DNA from: a virus
Lineage: Duplodnaviria > Caudoviricetes
IMG/VR virus record: IMGVR_UViG_3300029267_004155
Strand: one strand, 5' to 3'
DNA: 64,000 bases
Below the pieces are notes generated by a model, which did no database searches, had not been told where the DNA came from, and saw only the letters and a program-made list of their open reading frames with translations. Both the position numbers and the translations under genes were made by a program. Positions 50,002-60,170 of this stretch are shown one piece after another; within the stretch, counting starts at the first letter, position 1; each line of letters opens with the position of its first letter.

Positions 50002-51035
50002 CGGTCGACACGCCAACCGGGCCGGTCGAGGTGCCGGCCAGGGCCATGAGGGCCGTCTGGCAGGGCGACGGCGTCGTGTTCGAGTGCGACGTGTGCAAGA
50101 CGGAGGGGTGGAGCTACTCGAAGAGCAAGACGGACTCGGTCAGGCGGATGGTGGCCCTGGAGGGTTGGCGGTGGGGCTTGAGGGACGTGTACGAGACTCA
50201 TGGGTGGACCTGCGGGGTCTGCTCGGCGCAGCTGACGCAGACGGACGTGAGGGCCGAAGAAGAGGAGATGGCCGATGGGTAGGAAGATGGAGATGGGGTG
50301 GCAGTTCGCGGCCGTGATGATCGTCTTCGTCATGCTGTACGGGGTCGTTAGGGCCCGGATGGACAGGGCTCGGGGCATTACGCCGCTGGGCGAGGAGCCG
50401 AAGGCTGCGGAGGTGGCTGGCGAGATCGAGAAGGAGCCGAATACGCCGTTTCTGATGCCGGTTAGGTTCGAGGTCGTGTCGAACCAGGACATACGGGCCT
50501 GGAGGAGCTTGCCGGTCGGCATCCGGGCCGTCGTGCTGCGGGACGTGGGGACCGGAGTGGAGTACCTCGTCCTGGAGGGCGGTTCGGGCGTCGCCGCAAT
50601 CGAGATCGCCGAAGGAGGAAGATGATGAGCAAGATTAAAGCATTGGAAAGGCGCGTCACGCATCTTGAGAGGCGGATCGCCCACCTGGCCGATGCCAACG
50701 GTCTGAGGACGTTGGAGGAGACCGTCGGATACGAGCCTCCTGAGGAGCCCCAGGGGAGCGAGCCGGTCGAGAAGGTGGAGTCGTACCCGCTCGGCATGTG
50801 CCGGCTCGTCGACGTCACGCTGCCGTCGGGCGAGCGGTTCGGGAATGGCCCTGTGAGCGTCGAGGACAGCCTCTCGGAGGCTCTCGGCCTGCTGGAGCGG
50901 TGTCGGGTCCTCATGGGCCACTCGCCGCCTCTCAGCGACGACGTGAGGGCGTTCCTGGAGGGGCAGGGGGTCCCGGACCATGAGAGCGCCGAGTGGCAGG
51001 AGATGACGACGGGGCACAAGGAGGTCGAGGTATGA
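49998..51035 (+). other. Hypothetical genes 49998-50282, 50275-50625 (N-terminal TM helix), 50622-51035
   Basis: Tiling, RBSs. Confidence 0.55.
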
Positions 51036-51057
51036 AGGCCGAGCTGGAGGAGAGTTG

Positions 51058-51354
51058 ATGGCGGGCAAGGGTGACACGCCGAGGCCGGTGAACAGGGCCA
51101 GGTACGACGAGGGCTATGAGCGGATATTCGGAACCGACGACGAGGTGGCCCGGAGGCGGCGGGCCTCCATGGGGAAGGTTCGAGGTGAGAGGGGGTCTGC
51201 TGTCGTGATGGACGATTTCGCCTTCGTCGACGGGTCGATGGCCGCGGACATGGAGGAGATCGAGCTGGCAGTCGCCAAGGGGTTGCGGCTGCCGATTCAG
51301 TTCCTGGTTGGCGACGACGGGGATGTGAGGACGAGCAAGGAGGAGAAGTTATGA
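51058..51354 (+). CDS. Small mosaic protein (possible terminase- and portal-like segments)
   Basis: GGAGG RBS; KVRGERG..MDDFAFVD; GLRLPIQFL. Confidence 0.6.
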   Translation: MAGKGDTPRPVNRARYDEGYERIFGTDDEVARRRRASMGKVRGERGSAVVMDDFAFVDGSMAADMEEIELAVAKGLRLPIQFLVGDDGDVRTSKEEKL

Positions 51355-53301
51355 AGGTCGGGAACTGGGTCGCGTTGAAGCAGGGCCTTGTCGCGGGAAG
51401 TTCTCCGGGAGCCGAGATCGTGGTGGCCAGGGGCTGCGTCGGGACGGTGATTGATACGGACGCCGGGGTTTTCGGTGGTCCTCCCAAGGTGAGGGTAGCC
51501 TTCGAGGTGGCCAGACAGGCCTTGATCGTGAGGGCCTGGGTCGTGGTTGAGGATGACTTTCTGAAGGACGGAGGGCCGAATGACGCCTTCGACTCGAAGG
51601 CTCGCTACGACAACGGGATGACGTACAGAGAGATGCTGGAGGGCTAGGGGATGGGCGTGTTGTCTGATCTGCTGGTGAGGCACGGGATCGTCCAGGAGGT
51701 GGCGGTCGAGGACCCCGAGGGCTACGACGGAGGTAGGAAAGAGGAGGCCATCGCCAAGGTCGAGGCAGAGCTTGGCGACATGAACGGCAACGCCGTGACC
51801 CTCCATCGCCAGGCGAAGGAGCAGAAGGAGGTTCTGGAGCGGGAGGTCCACCACCTGTCCGGGGCCGTCCTGACGGATTGAGGATGGTCGATGGCGGTGA
51901 TGGCGACGGACGAGGAGATGGCCATGAGATTGGCGAGGACAACATGGCGAAGGAGAAGGTCATGAGGGAGAGCAATGCTGGCAACGCGGCGAGGGCGGCC
52001 TCGCTGGGTGACAGGGTCGTGGAGATGCTTGTGGAGGCCGACGCGACCCGGGAGGAGTCGGGCGCCAGGGTGGCCGAGGCCATGAAGGGGGTCCTGGAGG
52101 GAATCAGGGCGTTCCTGGGGAGCACCTCGCTGGAAGTCGCGCTCGTGAGCGCGACCTGCTGTGACAGGCAGCGCTACGAGATCGTCCTGAGCGGGGAGTC
52201 CCTGGCGTCCAGGCTCTCGCTGGTCCGCGTCAGCATCGACCAGGACGGCGTCGTGATGCTCGGCTACGGCACTCTGATGTCCGGCATGGGCTGGAACAGG
52301 GTCTGGGGCGAGCTGGACGATTCCCTGGCGGACGCGATCCCGGTGGCCGACATCGTCAAGATCAAGAGGGAGTGGGTTCGCTGGAGCGCCCCGGCCACGC
52401 CGAGGGAGCCGGTGACGTGGCCGGTCAGGAGCGTCGAGTTCATGGGGGAGGTGGCTCCGGGGACGTGGAAGATGAGGATAGACGTGGCGGTCGACGGGGA
52501 GGTGAGGGAGGGGGACGTCCTCTCCGTCGTGGCCGGCAACCGCTGGAGGGTCGAGTCCAGCCTGGGCGACGACGTCTTCACCTGCGTGGGGCCCGACCCG
52601 GACCTGCCGCCCCGGGGCGCGCTGGCCGACGGCGACGTCGACGTCGAGGTCGTCAGGTGGTGGGCCAGGCAGATGTCGATGCTCGCCGACTCCTTCGACG
52701 ACAGGCGCAGGAGGAGGAAGTGCCTCAAGGCGGCCAGGCTCATGTTCGAGGTGACGGGGGGACGGGAATGACGAAGGTCGAGATCAGGGACGCGACCCAG
52801 TTCTGCGAGCTCGTCCGGCTGCTGAGGGCCATGGCGGAGCGGGCGGGCCTCGTCGTGCGGCCGTTCGAGACGCCGGCCGAGGGCGTCGTCGGCTACTCGG
52901 TCGTGGCCGACTCGAAGGACGAGCCGCTGCCGGAGGTGGGCGTCTCCTTCAGGGTGGACCGTGAGCTGGATGTCGAGGTGGTCTCCATGGAGCACGCCGG
53001 CCACCTGCCGCCTGGCGAGGTGCTGGTCATGGGCGAGAACGGCCGGCGGAGCGGCCTGGAGAAGCTGATGGAATGCCTGAGGGGGGCCGAGTGGGTGAGG
53101 GCCGACGACGCGAGGAGGCTGCTGGTCGGCTTCGCGAGGCCGGACGGGGACAGGATCGCCGTCAGGCAGTTCAGGTTGATGGAGCTGAAGATGGGTCTGG
53201 CCAGCGAGGGAGTGGGCGCGGAGGTGAACAGGCTGCGGGGCGAGAAGGATGGCGACGGCTTCAGGAAGATGCTCTCGGCCATGGCCGGGGAGGAGCTGTG
53301 A
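51351..53301 (+). other. Hypothetical genes 51351-51647, 51651-51881, 51944-52771, 52768-53301
   Basis: Tiling, RBSs. Confidence 0.55.
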
Positions 53302-53302
53302 C

Positions 53303-53539
53303 ATGGCCGACGGCAGGTCGTTTCTCGCCAGGAGGATGGCCGACGAGGTCGAGTCGAGAGGCGACGCCGTCGTCTGCCGATGCGGGAGGTGCGGCTGGCA
53401 GGGCTACCTGGAGGAGGCCCATGTCGAGCTGGACGAGCAGGTCTTCACGGGATGGCGCTGCCCGAGGTGCTCGGGGCGGGTCGTCCTGGAGAGGGTGCTC
53501 GGAGGCGACGTCCTGGCGGCCGGGGAGGGGACGAGATGA
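53303..53539 (+). CDS. CxxCGWxG Zn-ribbon protein with acidic tag
   Basis: CGRCGWQG..CPRC..GDVLAAGE. Confidence 0.7.
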   Translation: MADGRSFLARRMADEVESRGDAVVCRCGRCGWQGYLEEAHVELDEQVFTGWRCPRCSGRVVLERVLGGDVLAAGEGTR

Positions 53540-53901
53540 CGGTCTTCAAGTGCGGGGCCTGCGGGTGGCGGGGAGACACGAACGACGTCGGGTGGGACCT
53601 GGCCAGGGCGATGCGGGCGTGCGGCGCCTGCGGCTCGACGAGCCTGCGGGTCGTGGCCAGGCTGCCGAGCGGGGACGTGATGGCCGAGGATGAGAACATG
53701 AGGGCGCACGAGGCCGCGGCCAGGGCGGCCTGCGGAACTCCCGACGGGGACGTGATGGGCGTGGACGAGGAAATGAGGATGGGCCTTGCCATTGAGGAGT
53801 CGAGTCGTGGTAGAGATGACAGTAACCCAACACTTGAGGCAACATCTGCTGACCCGTCCCCGAGGAGGGGTGAGGAACGCCCTCCGTCTGCCTCCACTTG
53901 A
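53536..53901 (+). CDS. CxxCGWxG protein interrupted at about 53784 by an insertion
   Basis: CGACGWRG; GDVMAEDE; continuation resumes after second repeat copy. Confidence 0.6.
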   Translation: MTVFKCGACGWRGDTNDVGWDLARAMRACGACGSTSLRVVARLPSGDVMAEDENMRAHEAAARAACGTPDGDVMGVDEEMRMGLAIEESSRGRDDSNPTLEATSADPSPRRGEERPPSAST

Positions 53902-54235
53902 AGATATGCGGGAAAGTCAATGGAGCTCTGAGTTTGAGCAGTTTCAGAGGAACCGGCTCATTTTCGGAGCTCATCGGTATGGAATGGAGTTTGGAAATGC
54001 TTCATATGACTACGTCGGTGCTCTGAGGACTCGCCTTCGTGAGTATGAGGAGACTGGAAATCTCGAGTTCCTTGTTGACGTGGCCAACTACGCGATGCTC
54101 GAGTTCGTGGTTGGAAGGAGACGAGGGAAAGAGATGAGGCCCGTGGATGGAGGAACTCATTGTGGGAAGAAGAACGTCAGGTGAGTTGGAACTCCCGACG
54201 AGGAGATGGGCGTGGACGAGGAGATGAGGATGGGC
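53734..54235 (+). repeat. ~50-bp direct repeats (53734-53784, 54188-54235) flanking the insert
   Basis: GGAACTCCCGACG..GATGGGCGTGGACGAGGA.ATGAGGATGGGC occurs twice. Confidence 0.85.
53816..54184 (+). CDS. Lower-GC inserted phage gene
   Basis: NRL..G..RYG..Y.ETGN.E.LVD.ANY.MLEF; flanked by direct repeats. Confidence 0.7.
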   Translation: MTVTQHLRQHLLTRPRGGVRNALRLPPLEDMRESQWSSEFEQFQRNRLIFGAHRYGMEFGNASYDYVGALRTRLREYEETGNLEFLVDVANYAMLEFVVGRRRGKEMRPVDGGTHCGKKNVR

Positions 54236-54798
54236 AGGGAGTGGGTGCCCGCATGCCACGACTGCGGATGGTGGGGGGTCGACGACGACCTGGCCGGCGA
54301 CAACAACGGGAGCCGGACCCTCTGCCCGAGATGCCTGGGCGGGAACGTCGGGAGGCTGTGGGTCGAGAAGGGCGTCGTCGAGGCGGTGAGCGAGGCCCCG
54401 GACGGCTTCCGCAAGGGCTCCGTCCACGTCCTGGAGAGGACGACGGAGAGGGACGAGCCGCTGAGAAGGGCCTCCGACAACGTTCTCCATGGGGCCGTTC
54501 ACGCAATGGACGAGGAGGCGGACGAGAGCGAAAGGCTGAACAAGGCGTTCGCGGCCGTGGAGGCCCACGACGTCGACGTCAGGTCGGTGATGATCTTCGG
54601 AACCGACGACGAGCGCGACAAGGTCCTTGGCGACCTGAGGGACTTCGGGGGCCGGATGGGGACGTGGCCGTCGAGATAGCCAAGTGGAGAAGGGTCGTGA
54701 CGGGCGACGTCGAGGACGAGAGGATGTACGTCCTGGAGGAGAAGGTCGCCAAGGAGTGGTTCGAGAACGGAGAGGTCGTGGCGTATGATGAGGTGTGA
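54206..54798 (+). pseudogene. Zn ribbon + capsid-like segment; frameshift near 54667 separates tail ending GEVVAYDEV
   Basis: ORF stops at 54679; coding-like tail continues in another frame to 54798. Confidence 0.55.
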
Positions 54799-54827
54799 CG
54801 ACGAAGGCTGAGAATGGAGGACGAGGC

Positions 54828-55061
54828 ATGAGGAGGTACATGGTGACGATGGCCGAGTCGATCGCGATCTCTTACGAGACCGTGGAGGCGGACTACGTCG
54901 AGGTCGAGAATGGCTGCCTGGTCTTCTGCAGGCATGTCGATGACGAGAAGGGAAAGGACGACGTGATCCAGGCCTTCGCCAAGGGGGCGTGGGCCAGGGT
55001 CGAGGAGATCGAGAGTCGAAACGAGGAGAAGAAGGAGACGAGAGATGAAGCACGCGCATGA
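54828..55061 (+). CDS. Hypothetical protein
   Basis: VEAD..G.LVF..AF..G.W. Confidence 0.65.
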   Translation: MRRYMVTMAESIAISYETVEADYVEVENGCLVFCRHVDDEKGKDDVIQAFAKGAWARVEEIESRNEEKKETRDEARA

Positions 55062-55452
55062 GGTGACGGTGGCCCCGATCATGAACGGGGTCCTGGTGAG
55101 GGCCGGATGCAAGACGCTGTTCGCCAAGCCGGAGGACCTGAAGGGCCTCGAGGGCTACTTCGCCAAGGGCGACGCGGCCAAGGTGCCGGCCAGGTTCAAG
55201 CGGTGGGTCAGGGACGGCGAGGCCTTCAGGGGCCCCGAGGGGCCTTGCGCCGAAGAGACGGAGAGCTGCCTCGACATCAAGGAGGGCATGTCGAGGCCGT
55301 CCTTCCTGGACAAGAGCGGAGCCGTGGTCGTCCACAGGATCACCAACGGCTTCGTGGTGGAGTGCGACAGGCAGTGCTGGGGCGTCGAGCCGGGCAAGGA
55401 CGAGAAGCCCGAGGATACCGTTTACGGGCTCCTGGCAGGCGTGCTGTCATGA
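55045..55452 (+). CDS. Paralogue of 46027-46566
   Basis: Shared motifs. Confidence 0.7.
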   Translation: MKHAHEVTVAPIMNGVLVRAGCKTLFAKPEDLKGLEGYFAKGDAAKVPARFKRWVRDGEAFRGPEGPCAEETESCLDIKEGMSRPSFLDKSGAVVVHRITNGFVVECDRQCWGVEPGKDEKPEDTVYGLLAGVLS

Positions 55453-55908
55453 GGTGGAGGGTCATGGCCCCGCTCAGGTTCGTCGGCCTGGCGGTCCGCC
55501 TCAAGGCCGAGGTCCTCGGCCGGGCCGGATGGCGGCGGGTGACGTGCCTTTGGCGCGGCCGGAGGCCGATCGGGCAGGCGGGGCCGGAGGCCGATCGGGC
55601 TCGGCAAGCCCAGGCGCGTTGAGGTTCCGCTGTTCGAGACCGTGGCCTGCCCGGCCATCCGGCTCGATGACGTCAAGGCCAGGCGCCTCGTCCTGTTCGG
55701 CGACGATTCGGACATAGTCTCGCTGGTCAGATGCTCCGAGTGCGGCTGGCTGGGCGAGTCGTGGAGGCTGAGGAGGCTCCCGTTGCGGGCGTGTCCCCGG
55801 AAGCGATGCCCGAGATGCGCGACGGACGAGGTCGGGGCGCTGGTGGCCATGGACCTGGGCGGCACCGACGTGGGCGTCTGGGAGGAGCGGAAGGAGGAGA
55901 CGACATGA
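55449..55908 (+). pseudogene. Capsid-like segment + Zn-ribbon gene frameshifted by a 25-nt duplication
   Basis: GGCCGGAGGCCGATCGGGC at 55557 and 55582; removing one unit restores the frame. Confidence 0.65.
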
Positions 55909-56336
55909 GCAGGCCGCCGCCATGCGACCGGGAGGTCTTCAGGAAGGGCCGGAGCATCATGGCCTGCGACACGGGCACCGCCGAATGCCGGGCGGAGGAC
56001 TTCGAGGCCTGGATCGTCAGCGTCAGGAGAAGGCTGCCGAAGGGCAGCGGGATCGACTGGCACTACTTCGGGGGCGTGGCCAACGTCCTGGCCCTCGGGG
56101 ACCGTGAGGCCGTTCTGGACGCCGTCGGGGGCATGATGTCCTCCTGCCCGGCCAGCGTCATGCGATGGGTGGGGGAGGGCGAGATCGGGCCGCACCGGTC
56201 CGGGGTCACCCCGGCCCCGCAGGGGGCCATGGGCGCGAGCTACGGGCCGGACGGCGGGGAGTTCCTCCTGGAGGGAAGCCGGGCCCCGGAGCCGGGCGAC
56301 GTCGTGGCGGCCGACGACGAGAGGGCCGGGCCGTGA
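55905..56336 (+). CDS. Hypothetical protein with acidic tag
   Basis: DWHYFGG; ends PGDVVAADDE. Confidence 0.7.
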   Translation: MSRPPPCDREVFRKGRSIMACDTGTAECRAEDFEAWIVSVRRRLPKGSGIDWHYFGGVANVLALGDREAVLDAVGGMMSSCPASVMRWVGEGEIGPHRSGVTPAPQGAMGASYGPDGGEFLLEGSRAPEPGDVVAADDERAGP

Positions 56337-57067
56337 TCCTGGCCAGATGCGCCAAGTGCGGGTGGAGGGGGGTCGACGAGCATTGCTCGAAGGAGCTGGT
56401 CGAGTGCCCGAGATGCGGGAGGCCCGTCGTCGGGCTCTCGATCATGTTCGAGCCGGACGTCGTGGCGACGGACGAGACGAAGGACGAGGAGAGGGAGCGG
56501 GACATGAGAGACGGAGGGGACGAGGAGATCGAGGCGGTCTCCATGACGAGGTGCTCCAGATGCAACCACGAGGCCAGCTCGAAGGAGTGGGAAGGGAGCA
56601 AATGCCCGGAGTGCGGCTCCGGGTGCGCGTTGCAGTGGATAGTGGACCACCCCGGGGAGGTCGAGGTGTTCGAGGACGGGGAGGTGGAGGTCTACGAGGA
56701 CGGGGGAGATGAGGTGTGGGGTGAGCGGATCGAGGCCAGAGGCTGGGTCACCATCTGCAACGGGTGCGGGTGGCAGGGGGACTTCGAGAGGGACATGAGG
56801 GAGAGGGGGCCGAGGGGCTGGGAGTGCCCGGAGTGCGGATGGGGAGTCGGGGAGGCCGTCAGGGTGGACGACGGCGAGGTCTGGGCCAGGAAGGAGAGGG
56901 CGGAGGACGCCATGCCGGACGTCGAGGCGTTCCCTGCCGGAGGGACGACCCGGGACCCCTCCTGGGCCGACGTGATGGGGGCCTACGACAGGCTCCTCGA
57001 AGGGAGGGCGAAGGACAGGATGCTCGACGGGGCCGTCCTCGCCGAGCGGGAGAGGAGGGAGCCGTGA
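56333..57067 (+). CDS. Triple Zn-ribbon protein with repeated acidic tags
   Basis: Three CxxC..CPxC pairs each followed by a [DE]V-x-[AV]-x-[DE] segment. Confidence 0.7.
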   Translation: MILARCAKCGWRGVDEHCSKELVECPRCGRPVVGLSIMFEPDVVATDETKDEERERDMRDGGDEEIEAVSMTRCSRCNHEASSKEWEGSKCPECGSGCALQWIVDHPGEVEVFEDGEVEVYEDGGDEVWGERIEARGWVTICNGCGWQGDFERDMRERGPRGWECPECGWGVGEAVRVDDGEVWARKERAEDAMPDVEAFPAGGTTRDPSWADVMGAYDRLLEGRAKDRMLDGAVLAERERREP

Positions 57068-57327
57068 GGCACTACAGGTGCAGATGCGGGAACAGGAAGA
57101 TGTGGGGCTCGATGCCGCCAAGCCCGTGCCAGGGCTGCCCGAAGTGCGGCACCACCATGGCCCATGATCCGGCGAGATGCAAAACGCCGGAGCCGCACGA
57201 CTGGACCACCGAGGAGACCGTCGGGGATGGCGACACCGTCAGGAGAACGACGCGCTGCCGAAGGTGTCATGAGAGGATGGACGACTCGACGGACGTGGTG
57301 GCCGAGGACGAGAAGGTCGAGCCATGA
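57064..57327 (+). CDS. Cys-rich protein with acidic tag
   Basis: Ends DVVAEDEKV. Confidence 0.65.
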   Translation: MRHYRCRCGNRKMWGSMPPSPCQGCPKCGTTMAHDPARCKTPEPHDWTTEETVGDGDTVRRTTRCRRCHERMDDSTDVVAEDEKVEP

Positions 57328-57408
57328 GACAAGTCGGAGTCCAGGGGCCGCAGGGCTGGCCCGAGGAGGCGACGGGGTCGTGGTCGCCTGCTTCGAGGAG
57401 GTGACGAC

Positions 57409-57591
57409 ATGACTGAGGAGTACGTGGTGCTGACGGTCAGTCGCTGCCCGAGATGCGGGTGGGAGCTGTCCAGGCACGTGGTGGAGATGCGGCTTGGGGA
57501 CGTCGTGCTGTTTGACGAGAGGGACGTGGGGGCGCTGGACGAGCAGGGCGACGTCCAGGTGGCGGACGACGAGAGGAGGGAGCCGTGCTGA
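57409..57591 (+). CDS. Small protein with three tag copies
   Basis: GDVVLFDE, DVGALDE, GDVQVADDE. Confidence 0.6.
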   Translation: MTEEYVVLTVSRCPRCGWELSRHVVEMRLGDVVLFDERDVGALDEQGDVQVADDERREPC

Positions 57592-57947
57592 AGACGAACA
57601 AGTGGAGCCTGAACGTGGCCTTCTCCCACGTGGAGAGCATGGACTACTTTGTGGTGGGCGTCCTGGCGAGGGAGCCTCTGGAGTGCGAGGACGGACTCTG
57701 GGAGTCATTCCCGCCGGTGGGGGTGAGCAAGGACGTCGCCAGGTCCGACGACAGGGTGGCCATGATCCTGGTGGGCGTGAGGGACCGCAGCTCCATCGCC
57801 GTGGGCTTCGCTCTCCAGGAGGACGGAGACTGGGAGTGCCTGATGACCGACGAGGAGAAGGACGAGCACCTGCGAGCCTTGAACGCCAAGGCGGAGGCGA
57901 GGATGAAGGCCCCGCCCGACGAGCCGAGGGAGGGGCCGGGGTCATGA
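57585..57947 (+). CDS. Protein with capsid-like segment
   Basis: SLNVAFSHVESMD. Confidence 0.6.
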   Translation: MLKTNKWSLNVAFSHVESMDYFVVGVLAREPLECEDGLWESFPPVGVSKDVARSDDRVAMILVGVRDRSSIAVGFALQEDGDWECLMTDEEKDEHLRALNAKAEARMKAPPDEPREGPGS

Positions 57948-58315
57948 TCCTCGCGAGATGCACCGAATGCGGCTGGCACGGAGTCGACGAGCAGGTCGAC
58001 CAGGTCCTGGTCGCGGCCCCGGACGGAAGCAGGGGGCGACCGTGCCCCGAGTGCGGGCTGCCGAATGTCGCGCTCTCGATCCAGTTCGATGACGAGGGGG
58101 TCGTCGTCGCCACGACCGAGGAGCTGCTGGTGATCGACGGCCTGCCCGGGGTCTCCATCTGCGAGGCCTGCGGATGGGAGGGGGCTCCGTGGGAGCACGA
58201 CCAGTCGACCTGGCCGGCCCGGTGCCCGGCGTGCCACAGGAAGGCGATTGAGAGGACCATCCCGGGGCTCAGGCCCGGGGAGGTCCAGGTTCTCAGGGAG
58301 GAGGCGATGCCATGA
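57944..58315 (+). CDS. Double CxxCGWxG Zn-ribbon protein
   Basis: MILARCTECGW resembles 56333; ends PGEVQVLREE. Confidence 0.7.
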   Translation: MILARCTECGWHGVDEQVDQVLVAAPDGSRGRPCPECGLPNVALSIQFDDEGVVVATTEELLVIDGLPGVSICEACGWEGAPWEHDQSTWPARCPACHRKAIERTIPGLRPGEVQVLREEAMP

Positions 58316-58672
58316 GCAAGATCATGAGGCCGACCTTCCCGCCGATCATGACCTTGCTGACATGCCACAGCCGCGGATGGTCGGGGAATACGGACGAGCA
58401 GGGGACCTTCAAGGATGAAGCGGGAGATAGATGGATGTGCTGTCCGGAATGTAAAAGCGTGACGCTCGGGAGCGAGGCCGTCGAGACGGGCTTCGTCGGA
58501 GTCAGGGACGAGACCATGATGAAGAGACTAACGGCATGGAGATGCAAGAACTGCGGCCGGGAAGGAACCCCCGATCATCTGCCCGAGATGCCAAGGGGAG
58601 AGCTTTGAGAGGGTCGTGGCGAAGGAGGGGGACGTCTGGGCCACTGACGAGAAGATCGGGAGGGCGACGTGA
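58312..58672 (+). pseudogene. Decayed double Zn-ribbon gene
   Basis: CHSRGW (lost Cys); frameshift near 58570; tail CPRC..EGDVWATDEK in another frame. Confidence 0.55.
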
Positions 58673-58942
58673 CAGGAAGGTTCCATAGGAGGTGCCACGA
58701 GCGCGGATGGGACTGCGACGACGCGGACCATGACGAGATCAACGTCCCGGGGCCGTGCCCGAGATGCGGCAAGCTGCTCAGGAGGGGGAGTCCGGAAGGG
58801 CACCGAGAGGACCTTGCGGAACCGGACGAGCCACGGAAGAAGAAGCGAAGCCTACGGCTTCGAGGCGACGACCGGACGACGCCACGAATCGGAAAGGGCC
58901 ATCCTCAGGGACGGCCTCCCGAAGGCCGGAAGCCAGCGAAAT

Positions 58943-59150
58943 GTCGGAGAAAAAAGCGATGCGGCTCTTTCTGGAAATCCACGGATGGCATGGAACGTGC
59001 CCGGGCGTCGTCACGGCAGGACCACCGTCCCGGTGAGGCGTCAAGGAAAAACCGATGGGACTTTTCCTGGAAATTCACGGGCTTGAAAAAACGTCGGGAA
59101 AAAACCGATGCGATTCTTTCTGGAAATTCACGGATGGCATGGAACCTGCC
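58943..59150. repeat. Three imperfect direct repeats (58943-59001, 59040-59080, 59093-59150)
   Basis: AAAAA.CGATG.G..(C)TT..CTGGAAAT.CACGG core. Confidence 0.8.
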
Positions 59151-59311
59151 GTGACGGGGGCCGCGATCGAAGACGATCGAAGACGATCGTTTCGGGAGTG
59201 GGGGGTCCCGTGACCTGGGCTGTGTGCAATGGGCGCACACGTACAGGGGCGCGCATTTATCGTATGGTAGGGGCGTGGACAATTTCCGCATGGCGGGTCT
59301 GGAGGTGAGCG

Positions 59312-59608
59312 ATGAGGTGGTGTCCGGAATGTGGTGGCTCCCGGTTCGAGGGGCGTCGTTGGGAGATAAGGACGGTGGTGGTGGACGGTGACGGCGTTTC
59401 CCTGCCCGGGGATGGCGGCGTCGCGGGCTGGGAGCCGGAGACCCTGACGGTCGGCGTGCACTGGGGCCCGTACGTCTGCCTGGGGTGTGGGCGGAAGACG
59501 GCCGAGCTGGAAGACCTGCCGGAGACGGGCGACGTGCTGGCCGAGGGGGAGGCCGGAGGCCGAAGGGGGCCGGTCCGGAGGCCCCGGAGGCCTCCCGACG
59601 TCGCATAA
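59312..59608 (+). CDS. Zn-ribbon protein with acidic tag
   Basis: CPEC..CLGC..GDVLAEGE; GGAGG RBS. Confidence 0.65.
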   Translation: MRWCPECGGSRFEGRRWEIRTVVVDGDGVSLPGDGGVAGWEPETLTVGVHWGPYVCLGCGRKTAELEDLPETGDVLAEGEAGGRRGPVRRPRRPPDVA

Positions 59609-59626
59609 TATCATATTATGTTTAAT
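59598..59626 (+). other. dif-like XerC/XerD recombination site
   Basis: ACGTCGCATAA-TATCATA-TTATGTTTAAT vs E. coli dif GGTGCGCATAA-TGTATA-TTATGTTAAAT. Confidence 0.75.
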
Positions 59627-60170
59627 TCACGACGGAACTAATTGGACGTTTCGCGTCGCAAACGCGCCTGCCGCAGGTACTTGCGGCTACGAGAAAAAGA
59701 GGGAAATTCGGCATGCAACCTGCTATGGGTTATCAGGGGGGAATCGAGCCTTTTTTTCGCGCTGCTACAAAGAAGGTCGTCGATTGTAACGGTGGACGCC
59801 TGGTGGTGGTGGGCGGGGAGCTGGGCGAGTCCGCGGAGGTGGTGGTCGACGCGTCGGTGGAGGAGCTGAGGGCCGTCAGGGCCGGGGAGGTGGTGGCGGG
59901 TTCGGAGGCCATGGCGCCTGCCGGGGTCCGGGGAGGTGGTCGGCCCGGAGGTCCTGGGGCCTGCGGGGGCCTGCCCGGAGCCCGTCTCAACCGCGTCTCA
60001 ACCCGGCGGGGGCCTCCCGGGAAATAGGACGGCTATCGATCCGGCCTTCCGGGATCGGACCCCGGGGCGCTGTCGCGCGTCGGCGATTTTTTCGGAAATC
60101 CGAAAATCGGGAATTGGCCTTTTCGGGGCTTTCACATGCGCTCGCGTGCGCGTGTGGGGGAGGTGGTCTG

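Noticed and set aside
58943-59189. CRISPR array
   Set aside because: Repeats are imperfect, irregularly spaced, few, and no cas genes are present. The 9-bp and 18-bp tandem repeats elsewhere lack spacers.
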